A stretch of 55,378 bases of DNA, the filler included, from Basidiobolus ranarum (Eukaryota), in NCBI GenBank assembly GCA_040143965.1. It is 3 parts of 3 records of this genome, joined end to end, with 100 filler letters (N's around TTAATTAATTAA, not from the genome) between each part and the next. Parts side by side here need not be neighbours in the genome. Positions count along the whole stretch, not along the records: positions 18,520 to 36,923 come from JASJQH010000277.1; positions 37,024 to 55,378 come from JASJQH010000278.1; 1 more part is not named here. One strand, given 5' to 3'. Position numbers and translations under genes: made by a program. The notes beneath the pieces are model-generated. The model saw nothing but the letters and a program-made list of their open reading frames with translations. It was not told the origin of the DNA and searched no databases. Shown in pieces: positions 36,787-51,600 of the stretch. The stretch's first letter is position 1, and each line of letters starts with the position of its first letter.

Positions 36787-36923
36787 GCTTGATCCAATTT
36801 AATATGATGTCTAAATTAAAATTCAGGGTCATCCGCCATCATTCAATTCGATCATAATGAAAAAAAGAGGCAAGTTCGTATGGGCGGGGGCGGGTGAGCA
36901 ATTTCTACTATTTAACTATGGAC

Positions 36924-37023
36924 NNNNNNNNNNNNNNNNNNNNNNNNNNNNNNNNNNNNNNNNNNNNTTAATTAATTAANNNNNNNNNNNNNNNNNNNNN
37001 NNNNNNNNNNNNNNNNNNNNNNN
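36924..37023. other. Artificial contig linker (44 N + TTAATTAATTAA + 44 N)
   Basis: Same spacer as 18420-18519. Confidence 0.97.
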
Positions 37024-37086
37024 CTATACATATAAACTTCAACAACCGAATAGACTCCTTTATCGGCTTCTATCTGTAAAACAATC

Positions 37087-38625
37087 ATGTCTCTTCTCAG
37101 AACTTCTACATCTCGCACCGTTGGGTTATTGAATCAGATTGTACGTTCTATTTACAACATTACTATTCTTTCATGTGAATCACGTCACTAATATATATGT
37201 ATTTATGTTGACTAGGCTCGCGGATCTGTTGTATCTGTTTCAAAGAGATTCATTGCCAATGATACTTACAATAGCAATGTATCGGGTTTATCAGAGGACC
37301 AAGCTCATGTAAACTTAAGTTTTATAACTATTTCCCTTGCGTATAAGACTCTAACTCTCTCGTTATATGAATGTACTATTATAGTTTAGACAATCTGTCC
37401 ACGACTTTGCTCAAAAAGAACTTGCACCTCGCGCCACTGACATTGATAGAGAGAATGAATTTCCTTCCGTAAGTATTCAACTAAGAATTTTTCTTTTCGT
37501 TTGTAATTTTTTTAACATTTTATGTCACTTAGGATATGTGGAAGAAGTTCGGTGATATGGGTCTCCTTGGAATAACCGCACCAGAGAAATATGGTGGTCT
37601 TGGTTTAGGATATTTAGAGCATACTCTAGTAATGGAGGAGATTAGTAGAGCTTCTGGTTCCGTTGCCCTCAGTTATGGAGCTCACTCCAACCTATGCGTC
37701 AACCAGATTGTAAGAAATGGTAGCGAGGCTCAAAAATCCAAGTATCTACCGAAGGTATATCCTCACTGTTACCCTTTTGGTTCATTTTCAGTTAAACTAA
37801 TACTTCTTCCAGTTGATCAGCGGTGAACATGTTGGTGCTTTGGCAATGAGTGAACCAGGTGCTGGTTCGGATGTCGTTTCTATGCGCCTTCGCGCGGAGA
37901 AGAAGGGCGATCGCTATATTTTGAATGGTAACAAGATGTGGATCACTAATGGCCCTGATGCCGATACTTTGGTTGTATATGCAAAGACCAACCCAGATGC
38001 TGGTGCACATGGTATCACTGCTTTCCTCATTGAGAAAGGATTCAAGGGATTCAGTGTTGCTCAAAAACTCGATAAACTTGGTATGCGTGGCTCTAATACC
38101 GGTGAACTTGTTTTCGAAGACTGTGAAGTTCCTGCTGAGAATGTTCTTGGTCAAGAAGGAAAGGGTGTTTATGTGTTAATGAGTGGCCTAGATTATGAGA
38201 GATTAGTTCTCTCTGGTGGCCCATTAGGGTTGATGCAAGCTGCCTTAGATGTCACCATTCCTTATGTCCATACTAGAAAGCAATTCAACAAGCCTATTGG
38301 TGAATTTCAGCTCCTTCAAGGAAAACTTGCTGATATGTATACCAAATTGATGGCTAGTCGCTCTTATGTCTACTCTGTTGCTAGAGCATGCGACAATGGA
38401 CATGCCAGTAACAAAGATTGCGCTGGAGTGATTTTATATACTGCTGAACGCGCCACTGAAGTTGCTCTTGATGCTATTCAATGTTTAGGAGGTAATGGAT
38501 ATATTAATGAGTACCCTACTGGAAGAATTCTTCGTGATGCCAAATTATATGAAATCGGTGCTGGAACTAGTGAAATCCGTAGAATGCTCATCGGACGTGA
38601 GTTCAACAAAGAATTCAGAGAATAA
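37087..38625 (+). CDS. IVD: Isovaleryl-CoA dehydrogenase, mitochondrial, 5 exons
   Basis: [84 protein letters not shown]. Confidence 0.96.
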
Positions 38626-38951
38626 GGAAGTTATCTAACTAGAAAACTTGGTCTCTTTAATTAGCTTCACATCTGAGCATTCATTCTCATAAATTCATAT
38701 GTATAAATCAATAAAATTGTGAGTAATAAAAGCGACATAACACTACAAATTATGAATTGTTTGGTTTACATTAATGATTTATCCAAGTTAGATCTGATTA
38801 AATTGATTACAATAGATAAAAGCCCAATGAAATACCACTTCAATAAATGTGGAGATTTGATCTTGCTCTCTAGTTTTGATTAAATAACTAGCAAACTCAT
38901 CAACATACAAAGCTTAGAGTCGTTTATTAAGGAAGTCATATTGAAACATCG

Positions 38952-41900
38952 ATGACTGGTGTTAATCCTGAAGAAATTGCGACCGCAGTCGAAAAGTCTC
39001 AAGATTCAAATACTTTTAAGTTTGATGAGAGCACTTTGGTCGCTGCAGCTAGTTCAGTAGAGAAACAAGAGTTAATTCTGTTACAATGGCTTACAACATT
39101 GGAGAAAGAATTGCAAAACATTTCTGAGGTAACTACTTTTACATATAACTTTTAATCTTCCCTTTAGTAATCTATTCATTAATTTTATTAATAGGCATCT
39201 CTCAAAGGCATTCAAGACGATCTTGTAAAGCAATTAATGCGCTTTTTTACTTATCCCTCGCCAAAACTAAAAAGACCTCATCGTCAAGTTTTGAGCCGTT
39301 GTCTTGTAACTATATATTTAAAAGGAGATACTTTGCACCTGATAGATACTTTAAATATATTAAATGGGCTGACTATTTCCGGAAAGAGTGGAGTAGATAG
39401 GCTAACTAGAATGTAACGTGAATAAGCACATACGACTATTTTATCTTCTGCTCTAATTACTAACTTGCTAATCCATAGAGCCTCTATATATTGTACTGGT
39501 ATCTTATTTGAAAGCTGTGGTTTTAAGGTGAATAATTTTGATTAGTTCTGTATATTGCTTTGATAACTGATCCCATGTCTATCAGATTGGATCGTACTTC
39601 GTAGATACTACCACTGGGTTGCTCAAAATAATCAAGAGTGCATCTGAGGTATGTTTTCGAAAGATTTCTATAAATATACTATGTAGAGGATATTAAGATC
39701 CTTCATATAGCAATACGCTGGTTCAATCAAGGTCGAAGCAATACGTGCTATAGCAAAAGTTATTCATGGTAGTGGAAAAAACGCACCTGATCAGAGTTTG
39801 AAAGAGATAGTCAAATATATGAAGAGTGGACTTTGCGATAGAAGCTTTGCCCATAGAATTGCTTGCGCCCAGGTAGATATATATTCATTATAGTACCGTT
39901 GTATCACCTGAATTGCTTTATGGTTGACGCTCAAATTTTTGTTGCATCATAGTGCTTAAGAGAGGTGGCATCTCAGACTACCTACTTGATTCCTTCAATT
40001 GCAAATGATTTAGATATTCTTTTACTTCAAATATTCAAAGCTTTTGAATCATCTAATTACGATGTACGTCGAGAAATTGCCTCCTTAGCTGCAGTTATAA
40101 CAGCAACGACACAATCACCAGTCATGTCTACTGCTTCGACCAAAAGTGGTATCAGAATGGCCAAGAGCGTTTCATTTCCAACACAAAGTAATTCACCTAC
40201 ATTTGAAGCCGGATCTAGAAGAGGTGAAAATGGCGTATTCAGCATTGAAGAAACGCTATCCGCTCTGTCTTCTTGCTTTTCCAAGATAGTAACAAGGGAA
40301 TCACGCGTCGGTATCATCGAAACTTACTCAGAGCTCTTTTTGAGTCTTGGGCCGAATTTTATTGAGGTTAATTACGCAGCAATCTCAAGACACATTTTGG
40401 TAGAGTTAGTAGGGAAGAATCTTACTGGAACTAAACTTGATATCCTTTGTGTACAAGAGTGGTGTAGTTTTCTACTTCGTGATATAATTGGGAAGAGACT
40501 GCTCAGTGAACAAGGTCAGGTTTTGGCGATTCGTGAATTGATGGGCACATGGATTAAGCCCTGGGAGTCTAACAACCCTTCAAAATATATTCTTCGATGC
40601 GTTCTGAATGAAGTCAATGGGTTGATTCTAGATCTTGGAGGTGTTGCTAGCTCTGTGCAGGTATAGAGTACATATTGAAGTATTTGTTGTCTTAATTTTG
40701 GCGTAATCATTGATATACTTCTCTTACTGAATAGGAATCCCTCATTGATCCTTTGGTAACTTTGTTGGGACATACCAGTCATACAGTACAGGTTGCTCTT
40801 GCCTCTTGTTTTAGAAGCCTGTGCTATTCGTTGCCCGTTCATTTGCCCAAGCTTCTTTCTAAAATCCTCAAGTTGCTACAACGTACATTACCCACCAATG
40901 TTTCGGTGCAGAATTCCTCCATGGGTGTGTTTAAAAAATGCCTCGGATTAACTCAAATTCTTTGTGCCTTGATCACACTGATTCCGGAAAAACAGTTATA
41001 TATATCCCACGAGTTATATGGGGGTGTCTTTTCAGTAGCTGTTCAACTTTTGAAGAATGCAACTTCTAGCGAAACACAGCATATGTGGATTAGTAGTGTT
41101 GAGTACCGTGTTGGATGGTCGTTGATTGGTTCTCTAATGTGTATTGGTCCTCAATTCTCACGATTACATATGTCGCAGTTAATGAACTTGTGGCGAAGCT
41201 CGTTTCCTAAAATTGTGGCTAAAGATTCAAATAGAGGACCTGCCGACTGGTTGTATATGCTACAAACTCGCGAGGTTGCTTTGAGTGCGCTGTATAGCTT
41301 TTTGATTCAAAATGGAAAAGACTTGGTTACTACCGATGCAGCCAAAAGAATCACACAGTTCTTGGACAATACATTACTATTCCTGTCACTCATTCCACCG
41401 AATATCATTGCCTCTAGTCCCAATTCTTCTCGATTGTTTCCATGTACTCTGAACCTCACGGAGTGTGAGACACTAGTTAGAAAGAGACTGTTCGAATGTT
41501 ACGCAGCTTTAAAGCCTGTCATTGCATATGAGGCTTCGTTCTCATCTCTTCTCAAAAATGCTATTGACTTGATTACGGATCCTGAAGTAGTCCCTGATCG
41601 TGATAATACGACAAGTATAATGGGAAATTCGGGTTCTAATATATTCCCAGGTTATAGTTGTGGAATGACCAGTAGTTTCTTGACGAAGTCTTGGGATCAA
41701 ATCCTTGAGCCTTCAGGGCCATTCGACATAACAAAAGAATGGAGAGCCAATGTAATAGACTTTAGGGAAATAGACCAAGAGGTAAGTATCAACCTTTCAT
41801 AATCCAATCGGTTGTAACGGTGTACTTAGATTCTGTATTATGTTTAGTTTGTTCAGCCTATGGTTGGTGCACCTGAGTATGACCCTAGTAAGCTTTACAT

Positions 41901-44900
41901 AGCCTACTACAATAGTACCCTGGCGCAGAGCTGCTCTCGCTTTCCCAAACCCATGCCATCAATTATCGGAGTAACAGATGCGGCCATCAACCTTATCACG
42001 ATTATTTTCCCATATCTCAGCTCCAGTGTTCAGGAATTTACTTTGGAGCAACTCTGGAAATCTCTCAAGAACTCAAAACTCGAAAAAAGTTCCAACAGAA
42101 AAGTTGCTGTTCAAGTGAATATTATTGTGGTATTATTGAGATGCATGGAAAAACTCGAGAAATTAGCCTCCAAAAGAACCGATGGAATCACCATTCCAAC
42201 AGCACAGGGAAGAACAACCGCCCTTGCCAAAGAAATACTCCAGGTAACTTATGCTAGCGGAATCTTGAATGTTGCCAATTGATAACTAATTTGAATTCAG
42301 TCCTTTTTATCTAATAGTGATCCATATATTAGATGTGCTAGTGGTCAAGCTCTCGGACTTCTTGCTCAGATCGTGGGTAATCCATTCATTACCAGCCAGA
42401 TACAATACTTGGTCGATGTAATTGTAAACGATCGAGACCCTAATGTAAGAAGTGGATGTGTCATTGCTCTCAGTTGTATCTACAATCGAGTTGGCGGTAT
42501 CGCTGCAAATGTTCACTTGAAAATAGTAGTTGGGATTCTACATTCTTTAAGCAGCGATTCGCACCCTATTGTACATTCTTGGGCTCTGAAGGCTTTATCG
42601 TTAACCATCGATTCTGCTGGATCCATGTTTGCTCCATACGTAAATGGTACCATTGGAATTGTTGCTAAAGTGTTCATGTCAGAAGGACATGAACCCGGGT
42701 ATCATCCACATATCAACCCCCCCTTTGGTATGGCTCAAGAAGTTGTGTACCAGACTTTAGGTCATCTTCTGTATGTGTTGGTTGGTACACTAGGGCCTGA
42801 ACTTCAAGCAGCTACTAAAGTGCGAGAGATTTGTCTCTGTCTGATTGAAGAGCTCAAGAATAATGATGAATCTTTAGTTGTAGTAGAATACATCAAATGT
42901 GTACAGCATTTGCTGATGTTTGCTCCAAATTCTGTCGATATATCCACCTTAGTGCCTTTCCTTCAAAATCAACTACACAGTTTTAACTTCCGTTTAAAAT
43001 CAGCTGCTGTGACATGTCTATACCAACTCGTACAGCGCAACGTTAAAGATGTACTCAAGAATTCCAAACCAGGCCTTCGAGAGCAACTTTTCTTCCTACT
43101 TGACGATGGGCTAGAGATGGAGGATGCTAAAAGAGTAATCAAGAGTCACTTGTCCCAAACGGTTACTGAGGAGTCGCTGAAGTGGTTGGATATATGTAAG
43201 AGGATTCTATCGAAGAGCTCATCTGATTCAAACTTGGTAGAAAATAAAGGAGCTGATATGGAAGAGTATGGTGATGACTCAGCTGCTTTTACAGCAGCTG
43301 ATGTGCCTACTACATCATCAGGACAAGTATCAGCTGAAGATTTTTCGAAACTACCTTCTAGATGGCGTGCTCAGTTGTTTGCGCTGGATTGCTTGAGAGT
43401 GATCGTGAATTCTTTAGCAAAAGGTGATGAAAAAGCCCACTTCGACATGGTATACGCGAAAGAGAAATTCCCTTCAAATACGGGTTACTTAGTTTATAGA
43501 CTACCGGAACTTATCAAAATGTCATTTGTGGCAGCTACTTCATCGATTATTCAGATTCGACTGGATGGCTTATCGTTACTGCGTGATCTTATAAAGCACT
43601 TTGCGACTTCTTCTGATCCTGATTTCGAAGAAGCTATGATCTTGGAACAATACCAAGCTCAAATCACATCAGCACTAACGCCTGCATTCTCCTCTGAATC
43701 TGCTCCTGAAGTCATGGCCTCTGCGATTCAAGTGTGTGGTGATTTCATCGCAAACCATATTGTAAGAGAGATAGGTACTCTAGGAAGAATGGTCAAGCTT
43801 CTGACAACAACGCTTAATGAAAGTTCCGAGGAAAACATCAACAACGAAAGTCCCGACGGTAAAATACTGGTAAAGATAACCACCCTGAAAATTTGGGCCG
43901 AGTTATTTGTACTGTCTCAAACAGAGGAGTACCTTTTGGAGATTGTTGAGCCTAAATTAGAGGTCTTATGTGAACTATGGCTTACTTTTGTACAAGACTA
44001 CGCTAAAGTAAGACTTGGATCTACTGGAGTCACTGGTTCGAATGGGCTAAGTGCCGATGCTCTAGCCTCTGGATTAGAGTCGATATATGGATCCTCCGTT
44101 ATAGAGGTTATTTTACCTTATTATGAAAAAGCGTGGATTCCTATTATGAATGCAATCTCTGTATTAATTGATTCTGATAATCATTGCATGCACAACATGC
44201 TCAGAGAGAGTACCAAGAACGAAGAAATTTACGAAACCCCTTCCAGGTTCTTTTTCATTTTACTTGGTTTATGCATTGAGGCCCTTGCAGAACCAGCTAA
44301 AACTCATAGCTATTCTAAAAGCCTTAACGCTATCCTTGTACTTGTTAAAGCTCTACGATCCATTTTAAAGCCTTTGGTGGCTGGCAGACAATGTCTCGAG
44401 CAAGCGCTGTATATGGAGATAATGTGTGTGTTGGAGAAATTGATGGCTCAAGAATCAATAATGGTTCAAGTTGCCATAGCAGATGTTTTCAAGACTTTGG
44501 CCATCGAATACTCAACTGATTATTTATTTTCCGGAATGTCCACAGTCAGGTTTGTAATTGCTGTTTGTCTATTCCGATTTTAGCGAAATCTAATATATTC
44601 TGAATCATTCCTTAGTGGAGATAATTATGAAGATCTTTTCATGACCACTAAAGCATATCCATGTACCAAAATCCTTATTCTCGGGCTTTCAAGAAGCATC
44701 CCTGAACTCTCCTCTGAGCCCTCAACAACAGGTAGAAGCACTCACTATTTACAAATTTGATACGTTTCTAATTTTACTGCAAAAATAGCCTTGCCTACAA
44801 ATTCGCAAGGAGCCGTGCTAGTTTTGGCTGTTTTAGATGCATTATCAAACATTATCATGATCTCTCCTGATCCCATCAGCATAGATTTGTTTGCCACTTT

Positions 44901-46030
44901 CCTTCATGTATCTACCAGTAAGTGTTTATCTCATCCTTATACGCGTGACTTGGTTTAACGGTGTGAATTTTTAGGTGCCATTCGCACACTTATGTTTTCA
45001 AAGGAAGAAGTATCCAAGTTTATGCTTATCCATAAAAATATCTTCATTGCAGTCGAAAGTGGAAGAATTTCTCAAGAGCGAGAAGCCATATCCAGCACTA
45101 TCTTACAAGCATTGAACACCGTAATATCATCTGTCGGCGTTGAAAGGTAACCTCACCTGATTACCAAACAACAACTATACACACTGATTTCTCTTCCTCA
45201 GGCTTAACTCGCAAAATTACAACGAGAGTGAAGCAAACACCATCAATAATATGTTGATGTTTATAGTGCTCCTTCTCACAACTTGCCCCTCATACTGTGA
45301 TAGTAGCTTGTCTCCAAAACTTACAAACATATTTATTGCCTATCTTTTTGCACCACATACTCAAGTCAGTCGAATTTGATAAGTTATTATTTTTGAAACT
45401 ATACTAACCTCATACTTTGCTCTCCAAGATAACGCGTTCCGCACTACAATACGCTAAAGCCTTTTTGTATCAAAACAACAAATCCGATACCGGCTCTAAA
45501 CAGATATCGTCCAGTGTCTTACAAAATCTAATTCCCGAAATCATCAAGTTTCTGTATCAAGTAAAATCGAGTGATTCTGAATTCTCTAGCAACGCAATCA
45601 ACCAAGGAACCGTGGAAGAAGCCGCTGACTTCTTGGTCGCCTTTGGCGCATCTACTAAGCATGAAAAGAGTATGATTCTGTTCCAAAGTAACTTTTCTAT
45701 TTAAGAGCTTGATGCTAATTACTTAATTCACTAGGATCTACGATCTTCACTCTTGTCATATGTACCTTGGTTAATTTATTAGACAGTGTTGATGGACATC
45801 ATGAGCCCTCCGAGCTTCATCAAATCGTCATCGCTAAGATGGTTACTCTAGCTACTGAATGCTCCCAGGACTTCAAAACTGTTCTCAATAATTTAGAGCC
45901 CGATATGCGTACTAAACTGGAGCATGCTATCAGACAAAGTGTCCGAACATCTAGTCGAGCTCACACGGACGGGAATCAAGAAAAGACCGCCCCCAAAATC
46001 CAACTCAAAGATAGCTTTGCAAACTTCTAA
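38952..46030 (+). CDS. LAA1: HEATR5/Laa1 large HEAT-repeat AP-1 accessory protein, many exons
   Basis: LILLQWLTTLEKEL, DRDPNVRSGCVIAL, HPIVHSWAL, RLPELIKMSF, DPDFEEAMILEQYQAQITSALTPAFS, C-terminal PKIQLK..F. Confidence 0.92.
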
Positions 46031-46647
46031 GTTTAATGTTTCAGATTCACCGGCCAGTGGCACTTTGACAAATAGCAAGAACGTTAGGTTCTAATTTCTT
46101 ATATAAAACTTTCAGCATATTTTATGTATTGAACCCGTCAACCCCGTATATGTGATAAATATAGTCTCATGACAAATTGGCCTATAATCAATTGATTAAT
46201 GTGAACCTTCAACTCGCGTATTCCAAATGAAATAAGGATAAACACGTCTGATTGTCTGATGAAAAGTGAGATAACAGTCATGTACCACACAAGAGTAATT
46301 TGCTTACTGTTGTTATCAGATCTTTCTGTTCAGGAAACACTGCAAGTTGATCTGATAAAGCACCGCACCTTGTTCCTTACATATTTGTCTGAGTATCATA
46401 TTGCGGAGATGGTCAAAAAAGGAATATCCTTCCGCATTTCTCCTTTGGGAACTACTCTTCTTTGAACACTGGTTTGTATTGGTGCACTGGTAGGGGGATC
46501 GTGATTAATGACAACATCAATAGTACAAATCGATATTTTTAAATGGACTGTAGTCCTCAAATCACCACGTTGGATATAGGTGTAACAGTGGATTTTATTC
46601 AAAAAGGTCGCTGTTTTCCAAACACTCGCCCTCTGTAGTAAACCAAA

Positions 46648-47723
46648 ATGGATTACATTCTATGGATTGCCGATGAATACGCTTTTGACAAGGTTTATCA
46701 AAGCCTTGGCTATGTGGGTCTCCCTACTCTTGGCCGTGACGAACTACTTCGCCAGTTTTGCAGCTTGATGTGCATTTCTGGCTTTGGAGCTTATGCCATA
46801 TACATGATATTCTCTACTCTTTCTTTCTATCTGTTCTTTGACAAACGACAGATGAACCACCCACGTTTTCTCAAAAATCAAATACAACAGGAGATTAAAA
46901 TGGCCACCGATTCCGTTCCAACCATGGCGCTTTTAACTGTACCATTTTTTATTTTTGAAGTTCGTGGATATTCTATGCTTTATGAAGATGTAGAGGAGTA
47001 CGGCTGGCCCTATTTAGTTTGTAGCATATTTTTGTTCCTCTTCCTCACCGACTTTGGTATATATTGGATTCATCGTGGGCTACATCACCGATCTGTCTAC
47101 GCCATTCTTCACAAGGTATGTTGACAACCGATGTAAATATTACAAGTAGAAGAATCGACTCATCGTATTTCTTTCCACCCAGCCTCACCATAAATGGATT
47201 GGTATGTACATACGATATAGTATATTGTTGATAGGGCATGAAGTTAACTGTTTTATTTAGTTCCCACACCGTATGCCTCCATTGCCTTCCATCCAGTGGA
47301 CGGTTGGGCTCAATCGCTTCCATATCATATATGTGTATTTCTTTTTCCTATGCACAAATTTCTCTATCTCGTATTGTTTGTGTTTGTTCAAATCTGGTCG
47401 GTCTTGATACATGATGGCAAGTGATTGATTATTAGTGAAAGAGCATCCAAATAGCCCGACTGATGTGATATTTTCTAGGAGAATATTTCACCCATGATCC
47501 GGTGATTAACAGTGCCGCTCACCATACAATTCATCATCTGTATTTCAACTACAATTACGGACAATATTTCACCTTATGGGATCGTGTTGGTGGATCCTAT
47601 CGTAAACCAAATGAGGAAATCTACAACACCGAACTTCGAGGTACCAAGAAAATCTATTCCAAGCAAGCGAAAGAAGTAGACTACATGGTAGCCACTTTAG
47701 ATACCAAATCCAAATTACATTGA
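46648..47723 (+). CDS. ERG3: Sterol C-5 desaturase (lathosterol oxidase), 4 exons
   Basis: [15 protein letters not shown], His boxes [16 protein letters not shown] and [18 protein letters not shown]. Includes a 19-nt exon (47183-47201) and a GC-AG intron. Confidence 0.95.
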
Positions 47724-48643
47724 AATCAGATCGTGAAGTGAACATCCCATCCGGCTCTAATGGAATATAATACGATATGATTCATCCCGGTTTTCCATTG
47801 GTTTTTTCTCTTCGAATGATTTCATGAAATTCTTAGGTAATTCATTCATGGATTTTACACACTCACCTGTATTCGTAACGTTCAAGATTTTTGCTGATCA
47901 CTATTGAAATATTTACCATCAGTACTTTTTCTTATTAAACTAAATATTTTCAATTTCTTTTAAATATCAATTTTCTTTCTTCAACCGAAAAGGAAAGTGA
48001 TGCGGGGTTCCCATTTCCTACACTAAGCAACCTTGGCTCTATAGCCAAAGAATAGCTGTTACTAGGGCTTACAAATGATGAGAATCAACAGAAATAACAT
48101 ACATTTGCTAATTGCTAGAAGATTGACAATAAAATTGGGCAAGTGGATTTTTTACCCCTTGAGCTTGGCAAGTCATGTAGTCATGCTAGGCCTGTTGAAT
48201 TCTTGCCAGAGATTCAATGTTTATTGATGTAATGGCTTCTTGAAGAATAAAAATTATATTCATACTATTTGAATCTATTCATAGATATCCGATCACTCGA
48301 TACGATTAACTAGCATGCAAGTGGGAAGACTTGAAGTTTTAATATTTCTTGAAATCACGATCAAGAATATAAAAATGTCAATATAATTATTCATTACAGG
48401 AAATTAAAAATAAAATGAAGAAATCTCCTGAGATTGCATGACGTGTAACTAATAGAATGATTAGCATTAGAAGTATGCTTTCGATATGATATTTTCTTAA
48501 AAATCAACTAAAGATCAAACATGATGAATGAAAGATTTAAAGTAAATAGAAATAGAAACACCTGAATCCTCCCTCATAAGTTAATATCTTCATAGAAGCC
48601 TAGCTATGAGGCAATCATAAGGTAACTGAAAAAGTGAGCGGAA

Positions 48644-51600
48644 TTATAACAGTCCGTTAGTAGATGTAGGCTGTGAATTGAGGAGAGCGCTATGAGTCAA
48701 GTCCGCTTCGGCATGGATGTTCTCCTCCTTTGTTGGTTTCCGCAGTGCTTGTGCCTCTTCGGTTTCCATTTTTTTACCCTTTTCTTTGACCTGGGACTTC
48801 TGCGTATCAGATGTAGGATACAATTCAATAGTTTTCTCTTCCTTGGGACTTAACATAACAGGCTCTTCAGCTATCACTTGGATCAATTTTGTGTGGCCAA
48901 ATTGTACCTTTTTGTTCTCATTCTTGATGGGAGGGTTGCGTAATACTTGGGCCTCTTCCCGCTCCATACATTTGCTCTTTTCTTTGATTCTAGGGTCTTG
49001 CGCTTCACCGTTGGCATCCACATCTCGCTTCTGGTCTGCGCTCCAACCTGGAGCATCTTGTTCATCAGTCTCGATTAAGCTGGTATTACCAAACTGAACC
49101 TTTTTGTCTTCATTACGTGGGAGAGGATTAAGAAGTGCCTGTGCTTCTTGAGTTTCCATACATTTGTTCTTCAGCTTCATCTCGGAATTTGTGTTATCAG
49201 AGGAGGTATTTAATTGAATTTTCTGCTCGTGTTTGGGACTACTTATAATTGGAGTATCATCAGAGATTTCAATAATACTTCCATCACCAAATTTCACTTT
49301 TTGTTGTTCTTCCGAGTACTTATCCACGAGTGTGGTCGCTTCCTTATTAATCATGGCTCTATCTTTCTCGCGTAATTTCCCATCGTTGTTTTGTGGAGTT
49401 GAAAGAACATTCACCTTATTTACGGACTGATTTTTAAGGGAATCTGGTTGCTCTTCTTGAGAGATTGTAACAATCGATGCCTCGCCAAATTTAATCCCTT
49501 TCTCTGAATCATTAGGTCGAGTTAACACTTGGCCTTCTTCGTTCTCCATCTGAAGTGCTTTCTGTTGAATCTCAGATTGCGTTTGATTTTTTGAATGGGT
49601 TGCATCTTCTGACTTCAAAGATCGAAGTGGTAGTGATGGAGAAGTGGTGACTACCTTAGCATCAGAAATTTCAACAGATGATCCAGAGACATTATGGGTT
49701 TGTGGCTTTGTGTCGCTAGAGGAAATACTCTCACGGGAAGCTTTGTGGGGTACTTTTTCCATGTTTCGTATACAAGTACTTAATATATCACGTGATAATT
49801 CGGCCAACTCAGGATCATCCGGCTAAATAGAAAGTAAACCGTAAAGTGGTCAGAAATCAGAGATGACTTGAAGGAGGTGAAAGGATTTAAGGAACTTGGG
49901 AGATGTGATAACTGTAGATATTTATACAACAAATGGGACCCCAAATGCTAATCAATAATGGAGATTTTTACGTACCGCTACACTAACATCTAAGCAAACA
50001 ATGCTCCAATTCATACGCAAGCTAACCGAGAGAGCAAGTACTCCTGCGATATCAATTTCTGGGTTGGATGATAAATCAAGATTCCTCAAACATTTCGTTT
50101 CAGGTAGGAATTCAGCTATTGCGATGGCACCTGAAAGGGAAATAAATGGAACGTAGAGATGATAAGTAAATGAATTATCACTGAGGTTTCAAGCAATAAT
50201 TATTTACCCTCTGAATTCATTTTCGTCTCTGACAATATTAATGTCTCAAGTGATTGATTGGAAGCTAAAGCGGAACGCATAGCTATAATCTAGAATTCAA
50301 GTTAGTTCCAAGAGTACTGCTAAGAAATATGAATTTGATTCAAGTACCCCATCAGTTGAAGTGCTGCAAGGATTCCGACTAAGATCAAATGCTTTTAGGT
50401 TTTTGTTGACAGCCTAGTAAAAGTTTGATTGTTAGTACCACAATTAGAAAATATCTTGCTCTTCAACCTACCAAACTATCAGCTAGTTGGGCCATTCCGC
50501 GGGTATCAATTCCATTCTGAGTTATCAAGAGTTCTTTCAACATCAAATTACGCTTTAGGCTTTGTGCTACGTATTGAACGCCACCCTAAAATGCCTCATA
50601 AGAATATGTAAATAGAGCAAGCAACATCTAGCGTAGTATACCTTGATTTCATTCATGCTAACGTCCAATTTTTCAAGACCAACCTTCCACCCGAAAACAG
50701 GAGGAGGGCAAGGACGTGCCCGAGAATATACTATTTCTGGAGCAACATCATCCTCATAATCTCGCAATAAAACTCCAACCCAAAGTGCACCTACATGATT
50801 GATTTGATTGTTGCGCAAACTAAGGCTACGGATTGAGGAACGTCGTAGAGATGGAACTACGGAGGTTCAATATCAGCAAATATAAATAAAATAGAAGGGC
50901 CACAGTCTACTTGGTACCTATAAACTCTAAAATATTGCTCCGTAGACCACATGCATCTAATTTTAGGCTTTCTAAACCATCTTTTTGACGAGCGGCAAAA
51001 TAAGGTCCAATCTGACGGGCAGATTTTTTGTCCAACGGGATTCCTGACAAGTCTAAATGCTTGAGGTGTTGCGACTAATTTAAACGATATATGATTAGTA
51101 ATATGCTAAAACCCATGACAAAAAGCGAGAGAACCTTTTTAATGAACAAGCCAATATAACGGAGTCCACCACATTTAATCTTCTTGTTGCGAGCCAGGCT
51201 GAGGCTTGATATTTGGCATGTGAAAATCAGACTATGAATCAAAGTCTTCAAAAGCTAAATACAAATAAGAAAACTCGAGGTTTTAGTAAAAGTAAAGACG
51301 CAATGAAGAGCGAAAAAGAACCATACATCATCATCAACTCCACAATTTTCAAGAGTCAAAGTCGTTAAGCCAAATGGTAAATCAAGAGAATCGGTAAAAG
51401 TAAGCATAGACTCGCGAGTGAATGGGACACCTCGGAGTTCAATGTTGGATAAAGATTGCTTACGACTCTCAGCACGCTAGACGTCGAATATATTATACGT
51501 TAGTTTCCACTGCATCTGCAGCTTAGGGTGTTAATAATACCTTCATGGTGGAAACAAGTTGCCCTATTACAGGCTCTTCACGAGTACGGCATGTTGCTTC

